Positions 28,368 to 36,738 of a stretch of 64,000 nucleotides of DNA are shown piece by piece (the stretch's first letter is position 1; each line of letters opens with the position of its first letter). The stretch is from Vicinamibacteria bacterium. Lineage in GTDB: Bacteria > Acidobacteriota > Vicinamibacteria > Marinacidobacterales > Marinacidobacteraceae. The translations under genes and the position numbers were made by a program. Below the pieces are notes generated by a model. The model saw nothing but the letters and a program-made list of their open reading frames with translations. It made no database searches and had not been told where the DNA came from. The stretch is taken from positions 416,001-480,000 of the forward strand of contig OZ241322.1 in the NCBI GenBank assembly GCA_965199715.1, read 5' to 3'.

Positions 28368-29726
28368 TCAGATGTACTGCAGCGCGGCGCTGCCGAGGCC
28401 GAGGAACAGCATGAGTCCGGCCACGTCGGTCGCGGTGGTGACGAACACCGAAGACGCGAGCGCCGGATCCACCTTGAGCCACCGCAGGGTCAGCGGCATC
28501 AGCGTGCCGAAGAGCGCCGCGACCAGCATCGTTCCCCAAAGCGCGACCCCGAGCGCCGCGCCGACGCGCCAGTCTCCCTTCCACGCAAGCGCGAGAAGCG
28601 CCACCACGCCCCCGATCAGGACTCCGTTCACGGCCCCCACCGCGAGCTCCTTCAGCAGCGCCGGCCGGCTGTTCTTCCAGTTCAGCTCCCCGAGCGCGAT
28701 GCCCCGGACCATCACCGTGAGCGTCTGGTTGCCGGCGTTGCCGCCGAGCAGCGGGGCCAGCGGCATGAAGACGGCGAGCACCGCGAACTGCGCGATGGAC
28801 GCCTCGAACAGGTTCACGACCGCCGCGGCCAGCAGCGCGGTCACGACGTTCACCCCGAGCCAGGGGATCCGCAACTGCACCGAACGGGTGGGCTTCGTGA
28901 ACACGGTCTCCGCGAGGCCGACCCCGGCGAGCCGGTACATGTCCTCGGTGGCCTCCTCCTTGATGACGTCGATCACGTCATCGACCGTGATGACCCCGAC
29001 CAGCTTTCCTTGGTGGTTCACGACCGGCGTGGCCAGGATGTTGTAGCTGGCGACGAGCTGGGCGACCTCCTCCTGGTCCATGTCGGTCCGCACCCGCAGC
29101 ACGTCGGTGACCATGGACTCGGACAGCAGCGCCTCGGGGCGCCGCTGCAGCAGATGGCGCAAGGACATGACCCCCACGAGCGTGCCGTGCTGGTCCACCA
29201 CGTAGATGTAGAAGACCATCTCCACGTCCTGCGAGTCCTGCAGCCGCTGGATGGCCTCGCCGATCGCCGTGTCCTCGCCCAGCGAGAACACCTTGGGGTT
29301 CATGATGCGGCCGGCGGTCCGCTCGGGGTACTGGAGCAGGTCCTCCACGTCGGAGGCCTGCTCGCCCCGCATCCCGGCGATGACCTCGTCGCGCAGCGCC
29401 TCCGGCAACTCGCTCAGGAGCGAGGCCGCGTCGTCGGGGTCCATCTCCTGGAAGAGACCGGAGACCTCGCGGGGATCCAGTTGGCCGACGAGCAGCGCCG
29501 CCTGCTCGAGCCCGAGCTCCCCGATCGCCTGCGCGGCGAAGCCGGAGTCGTCCGCCAGCGTGATGCGGAACGTCTTCAGCCGATAGGGCTCGGGCAGGTC
29601 GTTCAGCACCTGGGCCACATCCGCCGGATGCAGCTTCCCGAGAATGCGCTGGGCGTTAACGTCCGCGCCCCGGCTGACCAGCTTGCGCACGGTCTCCGCG
29701 AGCAGCGGAGTCTTCGTAAGCGCCAT
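28368..29726 (-). CDS. mgtE: Magnesium transporter MgtE
   Basis: [20 protein letters not shown] pair, GGNAGNQ and [15 protein letters not shown]. Confidence 0.95.
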   Translation of the reverse strand: MALTKTPLLAETVRKLVSRGADVNAQRILGKLHPADVAQVLNDLPEPYRLKTFRITLADDSGFAAQAIGELGLEQAALLVGQLDPREVSGLFQEMDPDDAASLLSELPEALRDEVIAGMRGEQASDVEDLLQYPERTAGRIMNPKVFSLGEDTAIGEAIQRLQDSQDVEMVFYIYVVDQHGTLVGVMSLRHLLQRRPEALLSESMVTDVLRVRTDMDQEEVAQLVASYNILATPVVNHQGKLVGVITVDDVIDVIKEEATEDMYRLAGVGLAETVFTKPTRSVQLRIPWLGVNVVTALLAAAVVNLFEASIAQFAVLAVFMPLAPLLGGNAGNQTLTVMVRGIALGELNWKNSRPALLKELAVGAVNGVLIGGVVALLALAWKGDWRVGAALGVALWGTMLVAALFGTLMPLTLRWLKVDPALASSVFVTTATDVAGLMLFLGLGSAALQYI

Positions 29727-29830
29727 GATGATCCTGGGGTTGGCGCATCCCGGCGCGGGTCCGGCGAGACCTCCCGGAACCGGATTCCGGAGGCTGGTCG
29801 GATCGCTCGGCGGGGCGCATCTAGGGCCGC

Positions 29831-29839
29831 ATCGTACCA
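29831..29839 (-). promoter_or_regulatory. Extended -10 element (TGGTACGAT) upstream of mgtE
   Basis: Matches TGnTAnnnT in the era-mgtE gap. Confidence 0.45.
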
Positions 29840-29853
29840 CGCGGCCCCGCGCC

Positions 29854-30753
29854 TCAGAGGCCGAGATCGCGCAGGATTCCGGCGTTGTCGCGCCAGCCGG
29901 CACGCACCCGCACCTGGAGCTGAAGGTGCGCCTTGCGACCGGCGCGCCGCTCGATGCGGGCGCGGGATTCGCTGCCGATGCGCTTCAGCATGGAGCCGCC
30001 GCGCCCGATCACGATGCCCCTGTGGGAGTCGCGGTCCACAAGCAGCGAGGCCTCGATGCGCAGCGGGGTCCCGGCCGCGTCGTAGAGCTCGATCCGGACC
30101 GCGGCCGCGTGGGGCACCTCCTGGTGGAGGTGGAAGAGCATGCGCTCGCGGACGATCTCCCCGGCGAAGAACGCCTCGGGCAGATCGGTGATCTGGTCCT
30201 CGGGAAAGAGCGGCGGGGACAGCGGAAGCAGCGACTGGAGGAGCGAGACCAGCCCGCCGGGCGCCTCGACGTTCTCGCCGGTCCGGGCGGAGAACGGAAC
30301 GACCGCGCCGAGATCGAGCGAACGAAAGAATTCTTCCCGCTCCCGCGAGCGGCCGGCCGGCGTCGCGTCGATCTTGTTGATCCCGATCACGCGGGGCCCG
30401 GAATACCGCTGTAGATGACGGGCGAGGACCCTTTCCCCGTCGGGATCGGGCGCCGCCGCGTCCACGACGGCGAGCGCCACGTCGGCGCCGCCGAGCGTAT
30501 CGACCGCCTCGCGCATCATCGCCTCGCCGAGCCGGTGGCGGGGACGATGGATCCCCGGCGTGTCCTGGAGGATCAGCTCGAGGCCCGGACGGCGCGCCAC
30601 GCCGAGGATGCGCCTGCGGGTCGTTTGCGCCTTCTTCGTGACGATCGCGAGGGGCGCCCCGGTGAGGCGGTTGAGCAACGTGGACTTGCCCGCGTTCGGC
30701 GGGCCGAGGAGCGCGACCAAGCCGGCCCGATGCGCCGCGCCTTCCCGCGTCAT
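29854..30753 (-). CDS. era: GTPase Era
   Basis: GPPNAGKS, QTTR, DTPG, NKID and KH-domain GIVIGRGG. Confidence 0.95.
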   Translation of the reverse strand: MTREGAAHRAGLVALLGPPNAGKSTLLNRLTGAPLAIVTKKAQTTRRRILGVARRPGLELILQDTPGIHRPRHRLGEAMMREAVDTLGGADVALAVVDAAAPDPDGERVLARHLQRYSGPRVIGINKIDATPAGRSREREEFFRSLDLGAVVPFSARTGENVEAPGGLVSLLQSLLPLSPPLFPEDQITDLPEAFFAGEIVRERMLFHLHQEVPHAAAVRIELYDAAGTPLRIEASLLVDRDSHRGIVIGRGGSMLKRIGSESRARIERRAGRKAHLQLQVRVRAGWRDNAGILRDLGL

Positions 30754-31983
30754 TCAGGCGGCGGGCGAGCGCCGGGTCACGCGCACGAGCTCCACGCTGC
30801 GCTCGTTCGCCGCGAGCACCTCGATCCGCAGCCCCCCGTGCTCCGCGACCTCGTCGGGCCTCGGAATGCGCCCGAACGCGGCCACCACGAAGCCTCCCAC
30901 GGTGTCGAGCGGCGCTCCCCGGAGCGAATCCGGGATGTCGAGCTGCGATTCGCGGTTCACCGCGTCCAGTTGGGCGGCGCCCCGCGCGCGGACCCGGCAT
31001 TCTCCCTCCACGACGAAATCGGCGCCGGGCGCGCCCTCGTCGTCCCGCACTTCGCCCACGACCTCCTCGGAAATGTCCCGCAGCGTCACGATTCCGGAGA
31101 CCGAGCCGTGCTCGTCCACGACCGCCGCGAACGTCTGCTTGTCCTTCTGGAAGTCGCGAAGCAGCTCGTCCGCCGGCTGGGTCTCGGGCGCCGTCCTAAC
31201 CGGTTGGACGTACGCCCCGAGCTCCTCGTCGGCGCCCGGGGACAGGAGGTCCACGACGTTCACGATTCCGACCGGACGATCGCTCTCGTCGAAGACCGGC
31301 AGGCGGTGGTGGCGGCCTTCCGCGACGAGCCGCCGGGCCTCCCCGACGGTGGCGCGGCAGCCGAGCGAGACCACCCTCGGGCGCGGGGTCATGACCTCCC
31401 GGACGACGGTGTCGCCGAGTTCGAGCACGCCCCGCACCATGTCGGTCTCGTCGTCCTCCAGAATCCCCTCCTCCGCGCCGGTGCGGAGGAAGGCCTCGAC
31501 CTCCGCCTCGGTGGCGTCGTCGTCTGGCTCGCCCGGGACCGGGAAGGAGCGGCGCAGCGCCCGCCGCAGCGGAACCGCGACCGGCGCGGCGAGGCGCTCC
31601 CAGCGACGGAACCATGGGAGCACGCGCTTGAGCACGCGTTCCGGATCCTGCAGCAGGACCGTCGCGGGGAGCAGCTCCCGCAGCGCGATCCACGCCAGCC
31701 CGAACGCGCCGGGCGCGGCGGCCGCGAGAAACGGTCCGGAGGCGCGCTCCGCCACGAGCCACGAGGCGACCGCGACCGCGGCGAGGCCGAGCCGGGAGGG
31801 CACGAGCACGACCAGCGGATCGCTGAGGCTCTCCCGCAGCGAGTCCGATTCGTCGGTGTGCTCGGCGAGCACCCGCACGGCGACCTCGCTCGACGAGAAG
31901 AAGGCGATCTCGAACAGCGCGAGCACCACGACGAGCGCCGCCCCGAGGACGAGGCTGGCTGCGGCGAGCGCCGTCCAGGTCAT
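30754..31983 (-). CDS. HlyC/CorC (CNNM-CBS-CorC) family protein
   Basis: N-terminal TM helices, VREVMTPR, VVDEHG, EEVVGEVRD and DTVGGFV. Confidence 0.88.
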   Translation of the reverse strand: MTWTALAAASLVLGAALVVVLALFEIAFFSSSEVAVRVLAEHTDESDSLRESLSDPLVVLVPSRLGLAAVAVASWLVAERASGPFLAAAAPGAFGLAWIALRELLPATVLLQDPERVLKRVLPWFRRWERLAAPVAVPLRRALRRSFPVPGEPDDDATEAEVEAFLRTGAEEGILEDDETDMVRGVLELGDTVVREVMTPRPRVVSLGCRATVGEARRLVAEGRHHRLPVFDESDRPVGIVNVVDLLSPGADEELGAYVQPVRTAPETQPADELLRDFQKDKQTFAAVVDEHGSVSGIVTLRDISEEVVGEVRDDEGAPGADFVVEGECRVRARGAAQLDAVNRESQLDIPDSLRGAPLDTVGGFVVAAFGRIPRPDEVAEHGGLRIEVLAANERSVELVRVTRRSPAA

Positions 31984-32426
31984 CCGGCGAGCCCGTGGCG
32001 CCGGCGCAGGAGGCGCTCCAGCCGCTCCATCTCGCCGGCGTCGCGTTCGTGGTCGTAGCCGACGAGATGCAAGAAGCCGTGCACGAGGAGGACGCGCAGT
32101 TCCTGGTCGAGCGTCGCTCCCCGCTCCTCGGCCTGACGGGCGGCGGAATCGGCCGACACCACGAGATCGCCGAGGTAGGGCTCCCCGACCGGAACCGGTT
32201 CCGCGGGAAAGGCGAGCACGTCCGTGGGCCGGTCCTTCGCCCGGTAGGCGCGGTTCACGGCGCGCATCGCCCGGTCGGACACGACGCGCAGCGTCGCGCC
32301 GCGGGGATCGCCGGGAATCACGTCGCGGGCGACGGCGCGGAGAAGGCGCTCCAGCCCCGCCCGATCCACGCGGAAGCGGCGCTGCCGATTCTGGATCGCG
32401 AAGGCGGGCGCTTCCCGATCAGGCAT
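31980..32426 (-). CDS. ybeY: rRNA maturation endonuclease YbeY
   Basis: KDRPTDVLAF, LGDLVVS and HGFLHLVGYDH. Confidence 0.95.
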   Translation of the reverse strand: MPDREAPAFAIQNRQRRFRVDRAGLERLLRAVARDVIPGDPRGATLRVVSDRAMRAVNRAYRAKDRPTDVLAFPAEPVPVGEPYLGDLVVSADSAARQAEERGATLDQELRVLLVHGFLHLVGYDHERDAGEMERLERLLRRRHGLAG

Positions 32427-34668
32427 CGGCCGGCTTCCGGAAGTCGAACCCGGGATACGAAATCCGCCGATGATGAATCCCCTCGAGCGTGGCGAGGAAG
32501 CTCTCCCGGATGCGGACCATGTCGCCCAGCCGAAGGTCGCTCTCGTCGAACTGGTCGTCCTCCATCATCGAGTCCACGATCCGGTCGATGACCCGCTCGA
32601 GCTCGACCCGCGACGGTTTCTCGACGCTGCGGGCGGCCGCCTCGATGCTGTCGGCCATCATCACGATGGCGGCTTCGCGGGTCTGGGGCTTCGGGCCGGG
32701 GTAGCGGAAGTCCTCCTCGCGCACGGTTCCGCCGTTCTCGGCGGCCGCCTTCCGCGCCCGCTCGAGGAACACCCGGAGCCGCCGGGTCCCGTGGTGCTGC
32801 GGAACCATGTCCACGATGTCCTTGGGCAGACCGAGCCGCTCGGCGTCCCGGATCCCCTCCTCGACGTGCTTGATGATGATGATCGCGCTCTGCCGCGGCG
32901 GAAGGTGGTCGTGCGGATTCGCGCCCCGCATGTTCTCGACGAAGAACTCCGCCCGCCGCAGCTTCCCGATGTCGTGGTAGAGGGCGCCGGTTGAGCAGAG
33001 GATCGCGTTCGCGCCGATGGCCGACGCGGCCGACTCCGAAAGGAGCCCCACGAGAACGCTGTGCTGGTAGGTGCCCGGCGCGTAGAGCGCGAGCCTCCGA
33101 AGCACCGGGTTGTCGCGCCGAGCGAGCTCCATGAGGCGCAGGTCGCTCGTCCGCTCGAACGCCGCCTCCAGCGCTGGAAGCAGCAGGATCACGAGCGGCG
33201 CCGTCAGGAGACCCCCGCCGAAGGCCGAGGCGGCCTCCACCGCGAGCCGGACCGGATCGCCGCCGTCGGCGCGCAGCAGGTCGAGGCCGAGCACCACGAC
33301 CACGCTTCCGGCGCCGACGAGCGATCCGAGCCGGACCACGTCGGTCCGCCGCGCCATGCGGGAATGCGCCAGCACCGCGATCAGCCCGCTGACGAGCGCG
33401 AACGGCCCCACGATGACGTTTCCGGTCATGACGGTCACGAGCGCCGCGAACACGGTCGCGTTCAGCACCGCCGTGGCCCGGTTCTCGAGAATGACGGAGA
33501 GCAGCGGAACCGCGGCGTAGGGCACCGCGAAGACGTACATCGAGGAATCCACGAACGCCTCGCTACCCGACTGGGCGGCCGCCGCGCGCCAGAGGAATCC
33601 GAGAAGCCGGGTGATGGCGAGGTGCGCGACGATCAGGGCGCCTGCGAGGGCGAACCCGTGGACCATCCACCGCCGGCCGGAGCGGGCCGGCTGGTACAGG
33701 CGGAACAGGATCCAGGCGGCGAGCGAAGTGAACAGCAGCGCGCCGACGCCCGCCCACGGAGACGCCACCGGCGCGAACGCCCGCATGGCGTCGAGCCGGC
33801 GCAGGTGATCCTCGGTCACCTCGTCTCCGGCGCGCAGGAGGGTCCGCCCCTCCCGAAGCTGGATCACCACCGGATCCACGTTCTCCTCGGCCGACGCCCG
33901 CGATCTGGTGGTGGCCACTTCGTTGCGCGCCAGCGTGGGCTGGATGAACCGCTGCGCGAGCTCGGCGAGCGCGGCCCGGTCGGGACCGGACTCCTCGGAG
34001 AGCGCCAGCATCTGGAGCCGCGCCGCCCGCGCCGCGTCCTCGATGGACAACACGTCGGTGAGATCGGGGAGCACGTGGACCTCGCCGCGTTCGGCGTCCT
34101 GGCGCTGGATCGGCCTCCCGAGCGCCGCGAGCGCGCTCTTCTCGGCGAGGATGTCGCGCGCGAGCACGCTGACCGCCGCGTCGGTCAGGTTGCGCTCCAC
34201 CGATTCCCGGAACTCCAGCCCCAGGAGGAGCGCCAGCTCGTCCCGCGCGAGCTCGACGCCGAACTCGCGCGCGGCGCTCTCGGCGAAGGCGTCTTCCGAG
34301 GCGGTGTCCGCCTCGATCGACTGCCGCCCGAAGGCGAACCCGCGAGCGATGCGCGCCCGCACCGTCTCCCGAACCTGCGGATCGAAGTCATAGACGTCGG
34401 GAACGACCTCCAGCGCCTCCTGGCGGCGCTCCTCGGTCGCCGCCGCGTCCTCATAGGTGAAGTCGGCGGAGACGCGGACCGTCGCGGTCGCGATGTCGCC
34501 GACCTCGTACACCGGCGAACGGAAGCCCAGCCGGGGCCAGATGAGCAGCGCGAGCACCAGCGCGAGCGCGCTTCCGGTGAGCAGCGGGCGATCGAACACC
34601 CAGTCGCGGGAACGCAGGACGAGCGCCCGCAGCGGTGCGAGCCGTCCGGCCGAGGCGTCGTCAGCCAT
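32419..34668 (-). CDS. 7TM-HD phosphohydrolase (PgpH-like)
   Basis: Extracytoplasmic domain, about 7 TM helices, APGTYQHS, YHDIGK, QHHGT, FRYPGPKPQTRE and ADSIEAA. Confidence 0.9.
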   Translation of the reverse strand: MADDASAGRLAPLRALVLRSRDWVFDRPLLTGSALALVLALLIWPRLGFRSPVYEVGDIATATVRVSADFTYEDAAATEERRQEALEVVPDVYDFDPQVRETVRARIARGFAFGRQSIEADTASEDAFAESAAREFGVELARDELALLLGLEFRESVERNLTDAAVSVLARDILAEKSALAALGRPIQRQDAERGEVHVLPDLTDVLSIEDAARAARLQMLALSEESGPDRAALAELAQRFIQPTLARNEVATTRSRASAEENVDPVVIQLREGRTLLRAGDEVTEDHLRRLDAMRAFAPVASPWAGVGALLFTSLAAWILFRLYQPARSGRRWMVHGFALAGALIVAHLAITRLLGFLWRAAAAQSGSEAFVDSSMYVFAVPYAAVPLLSVILENRATAVLNATVFAALVTVMTGNVIVGPFALVSGLIAVLAHSRMARRTDVVRLGSLVGAGSVVVVLGLDLLRADGGDPVRLAVEAASAFGGGLLTAPLVILLLPALEAAFERTSDLRLMELARRDNPVLRRLALYAPGTYQHSVLVGLLSESAASAIGANAILCSTGALYHDIGKLRRAEFFVENMRGANPHDHLPPRQSAIIIIKHVEEGIRDAERLGLPKDIVDMVPQHHGTRRLRVFLERARKAAAENGGTVREEDFRYPGPKPQTREAAIVMMADSIEAAARSVEKPSRVELERVIDRIVDSMMEDDQFDESDLRLGDMVRIRESFLATLEGIHHRRISYPGFDFRKPADA

Positions 34669-35656
34669 GCGATTCCACCCGCGCCAGAGCCCGCCGGTCC
34701 TCGTATCGGGGGTTCCGGCTCTCACTTCGCGCGTACGCCCGGACGATGGCCTGGACCAGCCGGTGGCGGACCACGTCGCCGTCACGGAGGTGCACGAGAC
34801 CCACGCCGTCGAGACCGCCCACGACCTCGAGGCATTCCTCGAGCCCGCTGGCCTGCCCGCGAGGCAAGTCGTTCTGGGTGACGTCCCCGGTGACCACCGC
34901 CCGGGTGCCGTGCCCGATCCGGGTGAGGAACATCTTCATTTGTTCCGGCGAGGTGTTCTGCGCCTCGTCGAGGATGATGAACGACTCGTTCAGCGTGCGC
35001 CCCCGCATGAAGGCGATCGGGGCGATCTCGATGACTCCGCGCTCGCGCAGGCGCATCACCCGCTCGGGGTCCATCATGTCGTGGAGCGCGTCGTAGAGCG
35101 GACGCAGGTAGGGATCCACCTTCTCGATGAGGTCGCCGGGCAGGAAGCCCAGTTTCTCGCCGGCCTCGACCGCGGGGCGGGTGAAGACGATCCGGCGGAC
35201 CTGCTGGGTCTGAAGCGCCTCGACCGCGACCGCCATCGCAAGCCACGTCTTTCCGGTTCCCGCTGGGCCGGCGCACAGGACCAGCTCGCTCTGGCGCATG
35301 GCCCGCAGGTACTGGAGCTGCCCGAAGCTGCGCGGGCGGATCGTCTTGCCCGGAGCGGGCTGCACGACCGTGTCGAGGAAGTACTCGCGCAGCGAGGCCC
35401 CGGGGTGCTGGCCGAGGATGCGGACCGCGGTGCGCAGGTCGCTCATCCGGTACCGCGCCACCTCGCCGCCGATCGCGGCGAGCTCGTCGAGGGCGGACGA
35501 AAGCAGCGCGATCCGGTCGTCGGGCCCTTCGGCGAGAAGGACGTCGCCGCGGCTCGCCAAGGTGAGCCCGAGCAGCTCCCCGAGGCCGCGCAGGTTGCGG
35601 TCGCGGATGCCGAAGAAGGCGAGCCCGGCGTCGCCGGGAATCGGAATCCGGGTCAT
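34661..35656 (-). CDS. phoH: PhoH family ATPase
   Basis: GPAGTGKT, RPAVEAGEKLGFLPG, FMRGRT and DEAQN. Confidence 0.95.
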   Translation of the reverse strand: MTRIPIPGDAGLAFFGIRDRNLRGLGELLGLTLASRGDVLLAEGPDDRIALLSSALDELAAIGGEVARYRMSDLRTAVRILGQHPGASLREYFLDTVVQPAPGKTIRPRSFGQLQYLRAMRQSELVLCAGPAGTGKTWLAMAVAVEALQTQQVRRIVFTRPAVEAGEKLGFLPGDLIEKVDPYLRPLYDALHDMMDPERVMRLRERGVIEIAPIAFMRGRTLNESFIILDEAQNTSPEQMKMFLTRIGHGTRAVVTGDVTQNDLPRGQASGLEECLEVVGGLDGVGLVHLRDGDVVRHRLVQAIVRAYARSESRNPRYEDRRALARVESHG

Positions 35657-35772
35657 CCGGTCACCGGACGCGGGCGAGCGCTTCCGGCCCGCGGCGCGAA
35701 CGTGCGATCAAGCGGCGGGGGCGCGGCGCGGACGCTCGGCGGCGCTGACCCGGTGGTGCATCGGACGCTTGG

Positions 35773-35814
35773 AAAGTAGCACACGGCCGGCCGGACAAAC
35801 GAAGGGCCTAGAAT
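35773..35814. promoter_or_regulatory. Divergent phoH/purC promoters
   Basis: TGCTACTTT (-, 35781-35773); TAGAAT (+, 35809-35814) 7 nt before the purC ATG. Confidence 0.5.
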
Positions 35815-35821
35815 TCGAGGG

Positions 35822-36724
35822 ATGCCAGACGCACTTCTCCAGACTTCGATTCCCGGCGCGGAACCCATCTCCCGCGGGAAGGTCCGCGACATCTACGCGG
35901 TGGGGGACGACCACCTGCTGCTCGTGACCTCGGACCGGGTCTCCGCGTTCGACGTGGTGCTGCCGCAGGGCATTCCGCAGAAGGGCCGGGTGCTTAACAG
36001 CCTCTCGGCGTGGTGGCTGCGCCGCACCGGGAACATCGCGCCCAACCACCTCGTGACCGACGACCCGGACGACTACCCGGAGCCCTTCCGGTCGGCGGGC
36101 GCGGACCTCGCCGGACGCTCGATGCTCGTCCGGAAGCTGCGTCCGGTGCTCTTCGAGTGCGTGATGCGCGGTTTCCTCTACGGGTCGGGCTGGAAGGAAT
36201 ACCGGCGCGAGGGGAGCGTCTGCGGGATCGCGCTGCCCGACGGCATGCAGCTCGCCGAACGATTTCCGGATCCGCTGTTCACCCCGGCCACCAAGGCGGA
36301 GAGCGGCCACGACGAAAACGTCAGCGAGGCGTTCATGGCGAACGCCCTCGGGTTCGAGCGCACCCGCGAGCTGCACCGCCTTTCGCGGGAGATCTACGTC
36401 CGGGGCGTGGAGTGGGCGCGCCCCCGGGGCATCATCATGGCGGACACCAAGCTCGAGTTCGGCGAGGACGAGGACGGCGCGCTCCACCTGATCGACGAGG
36501 TGCTGACCCCGGACTCGTCCCGCTTCTGGCCGGCCGACGACTACGAGCCGGGACGGCTCCAGGCGAGCTTCGACAAGCAGTACGTGCGCGACTACCTCGA
36601 GACCCTCGACTGGGACAAGTCGCCCCCGCCGCCCCCGCTTCCGCCGGAAGTGGTCGCGGGCACGACCGAGCGCTTCCTGAGCATCTACCGGCGGATCACC
36701 GGCGAGCCCCTGCCCGGCGCCTGA
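35822..36724 (+). CDS. purC: SAICAR synthetase
   Basis: RGKVRDIY, DRVSAFD, FTPATK, GHDEN, ADTKLEFG, DEVLTPDSSRFW and DKQYVRD. Confidence 0.97.
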   Translation: MPDALLQTSIPGAEPISRGKVRDIYAVGDDHLLLVTSDRVSAFDVVLPQGIPQKGRVLNSLSAWWLRRTGNIAPNHLVTDDPDDYPEPFRSAGADLAGRSMLVRKLRPVLFECVMRGFLYGSGWKEYRREGSVCGIALPDGMQLAERFPDPLFTPATKAESGHDENVSEAFMANALGFERTRELHRLSREIYVRGVEWARPRGIIMADTKLEFGEDEDGALHLIDEVLTPDSSRFWPADDYEPGRLQASFDKQYVRDYLETLDWDKSPPPPPLPPEVVAGTTERFLSIYRRITGEPLPGA

Positions 36725-36738
36725 GGACGCGGCCGGGG

